From: Verrucomicrobiaceae bacterium
GTDB lineage: Bacteria > Verrucomicrobiota > Verrucomicrobiia > Verrucomicrobiales > Verrucomicrobiaceae
Direction: 5' to 3'
Assembly (NCBI GenBank): GCA_027487315.1
Contig: JAIYDW010000062.1
Span: 26,043-90,042, forward strand
DNA length: 64,000 nucleotides
Shown: in pieces, positions 47,135 to 56,197 of the stretch
Layout of the letters: the number at the start of each line of letters is the position of its first letter
Numbering within the stretch: position 1 is the stretch's first letter
Notes under the pieces: generated by a model
The model's input: only the letters and a program-made list of their open reading frames with translations
The model's database searches: none
Told to the model about the DNA's origin: nothing
Translations under genes and position numbers: made by a program

Positions 47135-48064
47135 ATGATTCGAGTTTTGATGGCGTGTGTGGGATGGGTGGCGGTGTGCTTGGCGCTGGCGGGTGAGGTG
47201 CGGGCTGAGGAGAAGGAGGCGGCGGAGCACATGCGGTTTGTGGAGGACGATGACGGGGCGGCGCGGCTTGAGACGGTGGTGGTGAAGATGACGGGGCCGA
47301 GTGGGGTGCAGGTGGATTTGGTGGGGGCGGTGCATGTGGCGGATGCGGCGTATTTTGAGGGCTTGAATGAGCGGTTTAAGGGCTATGACGCGGTGCTTTA
47401 TGAGCTGGTGGGGAGTCCGGAGAAGGGCAAGCCGCTGGGGAATCGGGCGGTGGCGAGTGATGCGCGGCTGGGGTGGATCGGGACGCTGCAGCAGAAGATG
47501 AAGGAGGCGTTGAAGCTGGAGGGGCAGTTGGAGAAGATCGATTACACGGCGGCGAATTTTGTGCATGCGGACATGGGGATGGAGGAGTTTCAAAAGACGC
47601 AGGAGACGAAGCAGGAGACGTTTTTGGGGTTGTGGTTGAAGGCGATGGCGGCGCAACAGTCGGTGGGGTCTTCGGAGGCGGCGGGGAATGATCTGGCGAG
47701 TGTGATGGTGCTGATGCAGATTTTGATGAAGAAGGATGGGTCGGATGATTTGAAGCGGTTGATCGGGCGGGAGTTTGATCAGGTGGAGTCGATCATGTCG
47801 GGTCTGGAGGCGGGCGGGGGGACGGTCATCATTGGGGAGCGGAATCGGGTGGCGCTGGAGGTGATGGCGGCGCAGATCGCGGTGGGGAAAAAGCGGTTGG
47901 CGATTTTTTATGGGGCGGGGCATTTTCCGGACATGCAGAAGCGGCTGGAGGCGATGGGTTTTAAGAAGTCGGGTGAGGAGTGGCTGGCGGCTTGGAGTGT
48001 GCCGGCGCAGGTGGTGGAGAAGAAGAAGGCGAAGAAGAAGGTGGATGGGGAGGCAGGGAAGTGA
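47135..48064 (+). CDS. Secreted hypothetical protein, possibly TraB/GumN family
   Basis: Signal peptide. VQVDLVGAVHVADAAYFEGLNERFKGYDAVLYELVG resembles the TraB/GumN N-terminal motif as I recall it. The family call is weak. Confidence 0.45.
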   Translation: MIRVLMACVGWVAVCLALAGEVRAEEKEAAEHMRFVEDDDGAARLETVVVKMTGPSGVQVDLVGAVHVADAAYFEGLNERFKGYDAVLYELVGSPEKGKPLGNRAVASDARLGWIGTLQQKMKEALKLEGQLEKIDYTAANFVHADMGMEEFQKTQETKQETFLGLWLKAMAAQQSVGSSEAAGNDLASVMVLMQILMKKDGSDDLKRLIGREFDQVESIMSGLEAGGGTVIIGERNRVALEVMAAQIAVGKKRLAIFYGAGHFPDMQKRLEAMGFKKSGEEWLAAWSVPAQVVEKKKAKKKVDGEAGK

Positions 48065-48894
48065 TGGGTCTGGTGGATAGTCACACGCATCTGGGGAATC
48101 GGCGTTTTGCGGATGATTTGGAGGGGGTGCTCATTCGGGCGCGGGCGGCGGGGGTGGCGGCGATGGTGGCGCCGGCGGTGGATTTGGTGAATGCGCGGGA
48201 GGTGCTGGCGATTGCGGAGCGGGAGGCGGATGTGTTTGCGGCTGTGGGGATTCATCCATGTGATGTGGACACGGTGACGGGGGAGGCGTGGATGGAGGAG
48301 TTGCGCGAGCTGGCGCGGCATCCGAAGGTGGTGGCGCTGGGGGAGACGGGGTTGGACTATTTTCATGCGCCGCCGGAGGGGTTCACGGTGGAGGCGTGGC
48401 GGGCGTGGCAGAAGCGGGTGCTGCGGTTGCATTTGGAGGTGGCGGTGGAGACGGGGCTGCCGGTGGTGCTGCACAATCGGGAGAGTTGGGAGGATCTGGT
48501 GGCGGAGGTGGCGCCGTTTCATGGTCGGGTGCGAGCGCAGTTTCACTGCTTTACGGGGACGATGGAGGAGGCGCGGCCGGTGCTGGAGGCGGGGCATGTG
48601 ATTTCATTCACGGGGATCGTGACGTTTAAGAATCCGGGGTCGATGGCGGAGGTGGCGGCGTCCGTGCCTGCGGGGTATTATCTGCTAGAGACGGATGCGC
48701 CGTATTTGGCGCCGATGCCGCATCGCGGGACGCGGTGTGAGCCAGGGTATGTGCGGGAGACGGCGATGAAGGTGGCGGCGTTGCGGGGGGAGACGCTGGA
48801 GCAGGTGGTGGCGGAGACGTGGGTGACGGCGCGGGGGTTTTTTGGGGGCGGCTTTGCCGCCGGAGATGGGAGATTGAAGATGGAAGATGGGTAG
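48064..48894 (+). CDS. tatD: TatD family metal-dependent hydrolase (DNase)
   Basis: MGLVDSHTHL..., ...ALGETGLDY..., ...VVLHNRE..., ...ETDAPYLAP. Its start overlaps the upstream stop (TGATG). Confidence 0.9.
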   Translation: MGLVDSHTHLGNRRFADDLEGVLIRARAAGVAAMVAPAVDLVNAREVLAIAEREADVFAAVGIHPCDVDTVTGEAWMEELRELARHPKVVALGETGLDYFHAPPEGFTVEAWRAWQKRVLRLHLEVAVETGLPVVLHNRESWEDLVAEVAPFHGRVRAQFHCFTGTMEEARPVLEAGHVISFTGIVTFKNPGSMAEVAASVPAGYYLLETDAPYLAPMPHRGTRCEPGYVRETAMKVAALRGETLEQVVAETWVTARGFFGGGFAAGDGRLKMEDG

Positions 48895-49069
48895 GGAACT
48901 TTGAATGCAGAGGAGTGAGACTGGCAGAAAGATGGGGGCAGAAAAAAGAGGTGCGATTTGGCGTAAATGAACGGGGGGAAAGATGCCTCCTTACTGGGTA
49001 GTCGGTGGATGTGTCGTGGTGGTGAATTGTCGTGCACAGGCGATGACGCGATGCACTGTGGGAGACTGT

Positions 49070-50155
49070 ATGGAGACTCGACTCAGGTTCTTGATCGTGC
49101 TTGCGGTGGCGTTGGTGCCTTCGACGGCTTCAGCGAATGCGGGAACGCCGTTGATGTGGGCAACTATGCTTCATCTATTCCTTGGCAATGCCGTGATTGG
49201 ACTGGTTGAAGGGATTCTCCTGGAACGCTTTTTCAAGTGTGGAGTGCGGAGGTCGATTCTGATTTTAATTGCCGCGAATTATGTTTCTGCGTGGGTGGGT
49301 TACGGATTGGTCTCAGGTGGTCTCGGGAAGCTTCCTGAAATCACCATCGAGACGGTGCGATTCTGGTCCTGGGTTTTCTTTGTGATCGCTTTTGTTGTGA
49401 CTTTGTTGATCGAACTGCCGTTCGTCCGATGGGTGATGCCACCTCAGGGGAAAACCTTTGGGCAGGTGGTGAAGGCTGTTGTGACTGTTAATGCGATCAG
49501 CTATGCGCTTCTTTTTGGATGGTACTGGATGGCGAGTGGGACGTCGATGATGACCCAATTGCAGGTGGTTCCCGCAAGTAGCCTTGTTCAAGGAGATGAG
49601 TATGAGCTGTTCTTTATCTCGATGGATGGCGATCAGGTTTTGAAAGCAGATCTAAATGGGGGGCGTCAGTCGAAGCTGAGTGAGGTGAGGGCACTCCACC
49701 AAAATGATCGGTTGTTCGCGAGGCGAAATGCGACGGAGGGATATGATCTTTTGGTTTATCTGGATTCGGATGAGGGGGAGGGGAAAAATGAGGTTTTGAT
49801 TGCGAGTGGTTTTTCGAGCTTTGCGCCTCTCAGCGATGCTCCGACAGGGGCTTGGTTTGACTTTGGGAAGGTGCCCTCACTTGCTTCGGATTCGGACTGG
49901 GAATTTCGCACTGGTTTCTGGGCGGCTGAGGGGATTCGGGGCAAGAATAAGAGGACTGGCGCTAAGGTGCACTATGCCTTGGAAACACCGTATTCTATGT
50001 GGAATGTGAGGAATGGCACCCAGATCGAGGAAGACATAGTGGTCTTTCAATTGGGCAAAAGCCAAATCTGCGCTTTGCATCCTGAGAGCAGGAGGATTGC
50101 TTTGCTGGCGCGGGGCAAGGGGCCGATCGTTGCGAAGAGGGCGGCTGCGAATTGA
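49070..50155 (+). CDS. Hypothetical membrane protein (N-terminal multi-TM domain plus a C-terminal soluble domain) in a low-GC island
   Basis: ATG 49070 is preceded by GGGAG. Sequence begins METRLRFLIVLAVALVPSTASA... and has several hydrophobic segments. No family recognised. It is visibly more AT-rich than its neighbours. Confidence 0.5.
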   Translation: METRLRFLIVLAVALVPSTASANAGTPLMWATMLHLFLGNAVIGLVEGILLERFFKCGVRRSILILIAANYVSAWVGYGLVSGGLGKLPEITIETVRFWSWVFFVIAFVVTLLIELPFVRWVMPPQGKTFGQVVKAVVTVNAISYALLFGWYWMASGTSMMTQLQVVPASSLVQGDEYELFFISMDGDQVLKADLNGGRQSKLSEVRALHQNDRLFARRNATEGYDLLVYLDSDEGEGKNEVLIASGFSSFAPLSDAPTGAWFDFGKVPSLASDSDWEFRTGFWAAEGIRGKNKRTGAKVHYALETPYSMWNVRNGTQIEEDIVVFQLGKSQICALHPESRRIALLARGKGPIVAKRAAAN

Positions 50156-50167
50156 GGGATTGAGGAG

Positions 50168-51904
50168 CTAAAGTTGGAGGCGCTTTTTGAGGGGGATGAG
50201 GGCGAGGGTGAGGGCTAGGCAGGTGAGGGCGAAGGTGTCGCCGTGGCGGGCGTAGAAGGTGATTTCGCCTTTGAGAGGGACGGGGAGGTTGGCGGGGAGG
50301 CAGCCTTCGATGAAGGTGGAGGCGGTGGTGGGGTCCTGAAGTTGGGAGGTGATGCGGCCGAGGGGGTCGATGTAGCAGGTGACGCCGGTGTTGGCGGCGC
50401 GGAGCATGGGGCGGCGGAGTTCGATGGCGCGGAAGCGGGCGTTGTTGAGGTGGATTTGAGTTTCGTGACTTTGCAGGAACCAGCCGTCGTTGGTGATGTT
50501 GGCGAGGATCTGGGGGCCGGGGCGGATGAATTTGCGGGCAACGCGGCCGACGGTGTCTTCGAAGCAGATGAGGGGGATCAAGTCGATGGGTTGCTTTTCT
50601 GCGCTGTCGGGTGCGGCTTTGCCGATGGTTGCGGTGAGGGGTTCGGTGGAGGTGCCGGGGCGGAAGTCGCCGGGGAGGAGGTCCCCTAGGAGGGTTTGCA
50701 TGAAGGGGAGTTGGTCGCGGAAGGGGAGGTATTCGCCGAAGGGGACGAGGTGCTGTTTGTGGGCGCGCTTTTGATTGTCGTAGCTGCCCTGGAAGAGGAC
50801 GGCGCTGTTGTGGAATTGCTCGGGTTCTTTGGCGCGGGTGCCGACGCCGGTGAGGAGAGTGAAGTCGCTGGTGCCGAGGACGGCGGTGAGGAAGTCACGA
50901 TGGAAGTCGATGGTTTCGGCATCCAGGTCGAGCATGATGGGGATGGCATTTTCGGGCCAGACGACGAGGTCGATGGGGGAGGGGAGGTCGTTGCGGGCTT
51001 CGGCGTAGAGGCGGGTGCGTTCGTCGAGGCGGCGGTAGAGGGCGAGGGTGTCGTTGCCGGCCCAGCGGACGGCCTGGGGGACGTTGGGTTGGACGAGGAG
51101 GGTGCGGACGGTGAGGGTGGGGGCGGTGGCGGTGTCGTGGTCGCGGATGCGGGCGATGCCGTAGAGGGCGACGCTGATGAGGAGGACCATGGCGAGAGTG
51201 AAGTCGAGCCGGGTGCGGATGGTGGAGGTGCCGCGCCAGTGGCGGGTGAGGCGGATGAGGTTGATCCAGGCGACGCAGGCGATGAAGATGGGGACGAAGG
51301 CGAGGCCGGCGACGCCGACGAGGTCGGCGATTTGAATGAGGGCGGTGTTGCGATGGAGGGCGACGCCGAGGCCGTTCCAACCGAAGCCGGTGAAGATCCA
51401 GCCGCGGAGCCACTCGGTTGCGACCCAGGCGGCGGCGGCGAGGGCGGCGCAGCGGAGGGACTCGAGGGTGCTGGCGGTGGAGGTGGATTGGCTGAGGGGG
51501 GCGGTGCGGGGGCTGGCGTGGCGGGCGACGAACCAGGTCCAGAGGCCGAAGTAAACGGAGAGGATGCCGGCGAGGCCAAGGACGGCCCCTGCGCCGAGGA
51601 GCTCGGGGCCCATGCCGGCCCATTGGTTATCGATGGCGCCGTGGATGACGCGGGAAGAGTGGCGTACCCAGGCGACGTCGGGGATGAAGAAGGCGAGGCC
51701 GGCGAGGTAGCCGGTGAGGAAGGGGCGGCGGAGGGGTGGGGTGTCTGGGTTGAGAGGCCAGAGAATGGAGAGGAGGGGGAGGAGCCAGATCCAGGCGAAG
51801 ACTTCGAGGTTTGTGCCGGGGAAGGCGAGGTGCAGGAGGAAGCCGCTGACGACGGCCGGTGCCAGTTGGCGGAGGGTGGTCAGGCTGGGCAGGAGGCGCG
51901 GCAT
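50168..51904 (-). CDS. lnt: Apolipoprotein N-acyltransferase
   Basis: Polytopic N-terminal domain plus a CN-hydrolase domain (VVWPENA..., ...PLICFED). Confidence 0.9.
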   Translation of the reverse strand: MPRLLPSLTTLRQLAPAVVSGFLLHLAFPGTNLEVFAWIWLLPLLSILWPLNPDTPPLRRPFLTGYLAGLAFFIPDVAWVRHSSRVIHGAIDNQWAGMGPELLGAGAVLGLAGILSVYFGLWTWFVARHASPRTAPLSQSTSTASTLESLRCAALAAAAWVATEWLRGWIFTGFGWNGLGVALHRNTALIQIADLVGVAGLAFVPIFIACVAWINLIRLTRHWRGTSTIRTRLDFTLAMVLLISVALYGIARIRDHDTATAPTLTVRTLLVQPNVPQAVRWAGNDTLALYRRLDERTRLYAEARNDLPSPIDLVVWPENAIPIMLDLDAETIDFHRDFLTAVLGTSDFTLLTGVGTRAKEPEQFHNSAVLFQGSYDNQKRAHKQHLVPFGEYLPFRDQLPFMQTLLGDLLPGDFRPGTSTEPLTATIGKAAPDSAEKQPIDLIPLICFEDTVGRVARKFIRPGPQILANITNDGWFLQSHETQIHLNNARFRAIELRRPMLRAANTGVTCYIDPLGRITSQLQDPTTASTFIEGCLPANLPVPLKGEITFYARHGDTFALTCLALTLALIPLKKRLQL

Positions 51905-51913
51905 GCGGGTGGG

Positions 51914-53203
51914 TCAGGCGAGGAGGGGGCCGGTGGGGGGCTGGGCGAGGCGCTGGGTGAGGGTGTCGGCAAGCGAATGGGCGGGGATTTCCTCCTGGGT
52001 GCGGGCGACGAGGTCTTTCAAGGTGAGTTGGGGATACTCGGCGCCGAAGACGATGGCGTAGCGGGCTTTGCGGTCTTCGGCGGCTTGGAATTGTTTGCCG
52101 ACTTTGGCGGGGGCGAAGGCGTAGTCGATGCGGAGGTCGCGGGCGCGGAGGGTCTGCAAGGCGGCGAGGGCGTGGGGGCGCTGGGCTTCGTCTGCGATGA
52201 CGAGGGTGGCGTCGATGGCGAGGGCGTCCTGCACGGCGCTGGTGAGTTTGAACTGGGCGCCGGGGGTTTTGTCCAGGAGGATGCCGAGGACGACGTCGCC
52301 CATGGCGAAGCCGGCGGCTGGCATGTCGGCTTTGCCGTCGCTCATGAGGGCGCAGAGTTTGTCGTAGCGTCCGCCGCCGGCGATGGCGCGGAGGCCGTGT
52401 TTGAGGTCGAAGACTTCGAAGACGGTGCCGGTGTAGTAGGCGAGGCCGCGGACGATGGTGGCGTCGATGCGGACGTGCTGCCAGAGGCCGCGGGCGGTGA
52501 GGTTGGCGCGGAGGTCGGCGAAGGCGGGGTGGTCGGCGTTGGCGCTGTCCATGAAGGCGCGGACGGCGTCGAGGGTGAGGCCGATGGCTTCGAGTTTCTT
52601 GGCGGTTTCCTCGGGCTTGGCGCGTTCGATTTTGTCGATGATCTGGAGGAAGGGGCCGGTTTGTTCAGCGGGGATGTTGTGGTCGGTGAGGAAGGTGTTC
52701 CAGATTTCGCGATTGCTGAGGCGGATGGCGAAGTCTTCGGCGCTGACGCCGAATTCGATCATGGTGTCGATGGCGAGGGCGATGAGTTCGGCGTCGGTGC
52801 CGGGGGAGGTGTCGCCGAGGATGTCGGCGTTGAACTGGATGAACTCGCGGGTGCGGCCTTCCTGGGGTTCTTCATAGCGGAAGCAGGAGCCGATTTGGAA
52901 CCACTTCAGGGGCTTTTTGTAGTCGCGCTGGCGGGCGGCGGCGAGGCGTGCGAGGGAGGGTGTGACCTCGGGGCGCATGGAGAGCTCGCGGTCGGCTTTG
53001 TCTTTGAAGCAGAAGAGCTGGCTGGTGATTTCGTCGCCGGATTTTTTGCGGAAGAGGTTGGTGGATTCGAGGACGGGGACTTCGTATTCGACGAAGCCGT
53101 AGCGGCGTGCGACGCGGCGCCAGGTGTCGAAGATGAAGTTGCGGCGGGCGCAGGCTTCGGGGTCGAAGTCGCGGAAGCCTTTGACGGTTTGGAAGGTGGC
53201 CAT
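51914..53203 (-). CDS. hisS: Histidine--tRNA ligase
   Basis: VKGFRDF, MRPEVTPSLAR, FRYEEPQEGRTREF, GGGRYD. 429 aa. Confidence 0.92.
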   Translation of the reverse strand: MATFQTVKGFRDFDPEACARRNFIFDTWRRVARRYGFVEYEVPVLESTNLFRKKSGDEITSQLFCFKDKADRELSMRPEVTPSLARLAAARQRDYKKPLKWFQIGSCFRYEEPQEGRTREFIQFNADILGDTSPGTDAELIALAIDTMIEFGVSAEDFAIRLSNREIWNTFLTDHNIPAEQTGPFLQIIDKIERAKPEETAKKLEAIGLTLDAVRAFMDSANADHPAFADLRANLTARGLWQHVRIDATIVRGLAYYTGTVFEVFDLKHGLRAIAGGGRYDKLCALMSDGKADMPAAGFAMGDVVLGILLDKTPGAQFKLTSAVQDALAIDATLVIADEAQRPHALAALQTLRARDLRIDYAFAPAKVGKQFQAAEDRKARYAIVFGAEYPQLTLKDLVARTQEEIPAHSLADTLTQRLAQPPTGPLLA

Positions 53204-53290
53204 GGGGGTGGGAGGATGGGGGAGAAATGGGGGGGAATCAAGGGCGGGGCTTGGGGCGTTGGCCTCAGCGGAGGGGATGACCCCATAGTC

Positions 53291-53668
53291 TCATTTTCTG
53301 ATGAGAATGATGATGAATAAAGGGAGAGCCAAAGAGGCTAGAGCGCAGAAGTGTGGTAGAGAGAAGAGGGGCCGGTGATCTCTGCGGAGGGAGATGGCGT
53401 ATCCGCAGAGAAGGCAGACAAGGCCACATACGGTGATGAACATGGCGACTACAAATGGAAGGGCCACAGCGGGAACAACACCTCTTTCCAACTCTTCCGC
53501 TGACAAGTATTGGCTAATTCGACTCAGTGAATGACTACTACCAGCCATGAAGCAGAGGGGGGCTGCGGTCGCGACCGAGCCGGTCCATAGAAAAGCGATG
53601 GAATCAGGAAGTTCCAGTGAACGGTCAGACGGTTCGTAGCTCATCGCATGGTAGGGTAGTTCACTCAA
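53291..53668 (-). CDS. Hypothetical small membrane protein (low-GC insert between pheT and hisS)
   Basis: 125-aa ORF with three or four hydrophobic segments (VVPAVALPFVVAMFITVCGLVCLLCGYAI, CALASLALPLFIIILI). No family recognised. Confidence 0.4.
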   Translation of the reverse strand: MSELPYHAMSYEPSDRSLELPDSIAFLWTGSVATAAPLCFMAGSSHSLSRISQYLSAEELERGVVPAVALPFVVAMFITVCGLVCLLCGYAISLRRDHRPLFSLPHFCALASLALPLFIIILIRK

Positions 53669-53737
53669 CTTGGTCGGGACAAGATAATTCCCGCCTGATG
53701 ATTGAGCGCCAGCGGGGGCGGTGTTCGGTGCCTGGGG

Positions 53738-56155
53738 CTACTTGCGGAGGGTGACGGGGAGGGCTTTCTCTAATGTGGTGAGGAGGGTTTGGTGGGCGGT
53801 GTCGACTTCGGCGGTTTCGAGGGTGCGGTCGGGGGCGCGGTAGGTGAGGGTGTAGGCGAGGGACTTTCTGTCGGTGGGGAGTTTTTGGCCGGTGGGGTCG
53901 CGGAACTGGTCGAAGAGATCGATCTTCTGCAGCAGGGGTTGTTTGGCTTTTTCCAGGGCGGCGAGGACTTGGGCGTGGGTGAGGTCCTGGGGGCACTCGA
54001 GGGCGATGTCGCGCGAGATGGCGGGGAAGCGGGGGAGGTCTTCAAATTTGGCGGGGCCGGACTGCAACTGGCGTAGGGCGCTGGGGAGGAGTTCGGCGAT
54101 GTAGATGGGGTGGCGGGCGTCGATGTCGCGGGCGCGGGCGGGGTGCAACTGGGCGATCCAGCCGAGGTTGCGGTTGCCGTTGCGGAGTTCGCTGGTGAGG
54201 AGGAAGCCGGGGGTGTTTTCGATGGGTTTGGGTTCGATGGTGACGGCACTGCCGACGAGGTTTTCGATGACGCCAAGGAGGTCATACAAGCTGGCGGGTT
54301 GGGGTTCGCGGGCGTGCCAGCTGGAGGGGGCGATGGGGCCGCTGAGGAGGATGGCGAGGCGTTCTTCTTCGCGGGTGTTGTTTTTCGGGAGGGCGAGGAA
54401 GACGCGGCCGGCTTCGAAGAAACGGAGCTGGGTGGCGCCCTGGCGGATGTTCAGGGCGGCGGTGGCGAGGAGGCCGGGGACGATGCTGGGGCGGAGGTGG
54501 GTGTGGTCTTCGGAGAGGGGGTTTTTCACCGGGACGGCAGCGGTGTCGAGGCCTTTGGCGGGGATGGCGCCGAGGGCGCCGCTAAGCTGGGTGGTGGAGA
54601 TGAGGCGGAGGGTTTGGGCCTCGTGAAAGCCGCGATTGGCGAGGGCGCTGCGCAACGACATGAGGTGGTCGTAGGCGCGGTCGGCGGTGTCGGTGGCGGC
54701 GAAGGCGGCGCGGAAGTTTGCGGGGACGCGGTCGAGGCCGATGACGCGGGCGAGTTCCTCGATGAGGTCGACGGGGCGTTGGAGGTCGATGCGGTAGCTG
54801 GGGATCTGCCAGTGGGAGGTGTGCTCGTTTGCGGTCTGTTTGATGAGGCCGAGTTTTTCGAGGATGGCGTGGCCTTCGTCGGCGGTGAAGGAGGGGATGC
54901 CGAGGAGACGGCGGGCGCGGGTTTCGTCGAGTTCGATGTTCTGAACGAGGGTGGGTGCGGTGCCTGCGACGACAGCGAGGTCTTCGGCTTTGCCTCCGGC
55001 GATGGCGAGGATGAGGCGGGTGGCGGCGTCGGCTGCGCCAAGGGCTTGTTTGGGGTCGACACCGCGCTCGAAGCGGTAGGATGAGTCGGAGTGGATGCTG
55101 AGGCGGCGGGAGGTGCGGCGGATGCCGGAGGGCTGGAAGTAGGCGACTTCGAGGAGGATGTCGGTGGTGGTGTCGGTGACGCCGGATTCTTCGCCACCCA
55201 TGACGCCGGCGATGGCGAGGGGTTTGGTTTGATCGGCGATGACGAGGTCGTCGTGGAGGAGGGCGCAGTTTTGGCCGTCGAGGGCGACGAGGGTTTCGCC
55301 TTCGATTGCGTGGCGGACGACAATGCCGCCGTCGAGCTTGGCGAGGTCGAAGGCGTGGAGGGGCTGGCCCATCTCCATGAGGATGTAGTTGGTGATGTCA
55401 ACGAGGTTGTTGATGGGGCGAAGGCCGATGCTGTGAAGGCGCTTTTGGAGCCACTCGGGGCTGGGGGCGACTTTCACGCCGCGGATGGTGCGGGCGATGT
55501 AGAGGGGGCAGGCTTCGGGGGCGTCGATGCGGATTTCTGCGGGTGTGGCAGGGCGGGTTTGGAGGTCGGTCTCGACGTGATGGGCTTCGCCTTTGAGGGG
55601 GAGGCCGGTGAGGGCGGCGAGTTCGCGGGCGAGGCCGAGGTGGGAGAGGAGATCGGAGCGATTGGGGGTGATTTCGAGATCGAGGAGGACATCGGGCTCA
55701 ACGAGCTCACGGAAGGGTTTGCCGATGGGGGCGGTGGTGTCGAGGATGAGGAGGCCGCTGTGGTCATCGGTGAGGCCGAGTTCACGGCCGCTGCACATCA
55801 TGCCGAGGGAGGCGATGCCACGGAGTTTGCCTTCTTTGATCTGGAAACCGCCGGGGAGTTCGGCGCCAGGGAGGGCGACGGGGACTTTGTCGCCGACTTT
55901 GAAGTTCTTGGCGCCGCAGACGATTTGGCGATCAGAGCCCTGGCCGACGTCGACTTGGCAGACAGAGAGTTTTTCGGCGTCGGGGTGCTGGATGGAGTCT
56001 TTGATTTGACCGACGACGATGAGGTCGGTGTTGACGCCTTTTTGCTCGATGCCTTCGACTTCGATGCCGGCGAAGGTGAGGAGGTCGGAGAGCTGGGGGA
56101 TTGTGTAGTGGCTGAGGTCGATATGCGTCTGAAGCCAGGAGAGGGAAACTTGCAT
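53738..56155 (-). CDS. pheT: Phenylalanine--tRNA ligase beta subunit
   Basis: 805 aa with a tRNA-binding N-domain, B3/4, B5 and FDX-ACB domains. It lies downstream of pheS. Confidence 0.95.
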   Translation of the reverse strand: MQVSLSWLQTHIDLSHYTIPQLSDLLTFAGIEVEGIEQKGVNTDLIVVGQIKDSIQHPDAEKLSVCQVDVGQGSDRQIVCGAKNFKVGDKVPVALPGAELPGGFQIKEGKLRGIASLGMMCSGRELGLTDDHSGLLILDTTAPIGKPFRELVEPDVLLDLEITPNRSDLLSHLGLARELAALTGLPLKGEAHHVETDLQTRPATPAEIRIDAPEACPLYIARTIRGVKVAPSPEWLQKRLHSIGLRPINNLVDITNYILMEMGQPLHAFDLAKLDGGIVVRHAIEGETLVALDGQNCALLHDDLVIADQTKPLAIAGVMGGEESGVTDTTTDILLEVAYFQPSGIRRTSRRLSIHSDSSYRFERGVDPKQALGAADAATRLILAIAGGKAEDLAVVAGTAPTLVQNIELDETRARRLLGIPSFTADEGHAILEKLGLIKQTANEHTSHWQIPSYRIDLQRPVDLIEELARVIGLDRVPANFRAAFAATDTADRAYDHLMSLRSALANRGFHEAQTLRLISTTQLSGALGAIPAKGLDTAAVPVKNPLSEDHTHLRPSIVPGLLATAALNIRQGATQLRFFEAGRVFLALPKNNTREEERLAILLSGPIAPSSWHAREPQPASLYDLLGVIENLVGSAVTIEPKPIENTPGFLLTSELRNGNRNLGWIAQLHPARARDIDARHPIYIAELLPSALRQLQSGPAKFEDLPRFPAISRDIALECPQDLTHAQVLAALEKAKQPLLQKIDLFDQFRDPTGQKLPTDRKSLAYTLTYRAPDRTLETAEVDTAHQTLLTTLEKALPVTLRK

Positions 56156-56197
56156 TGAAGGAAAGAGATTGAGGATTGAGAGATGGTAGCGAGATGC

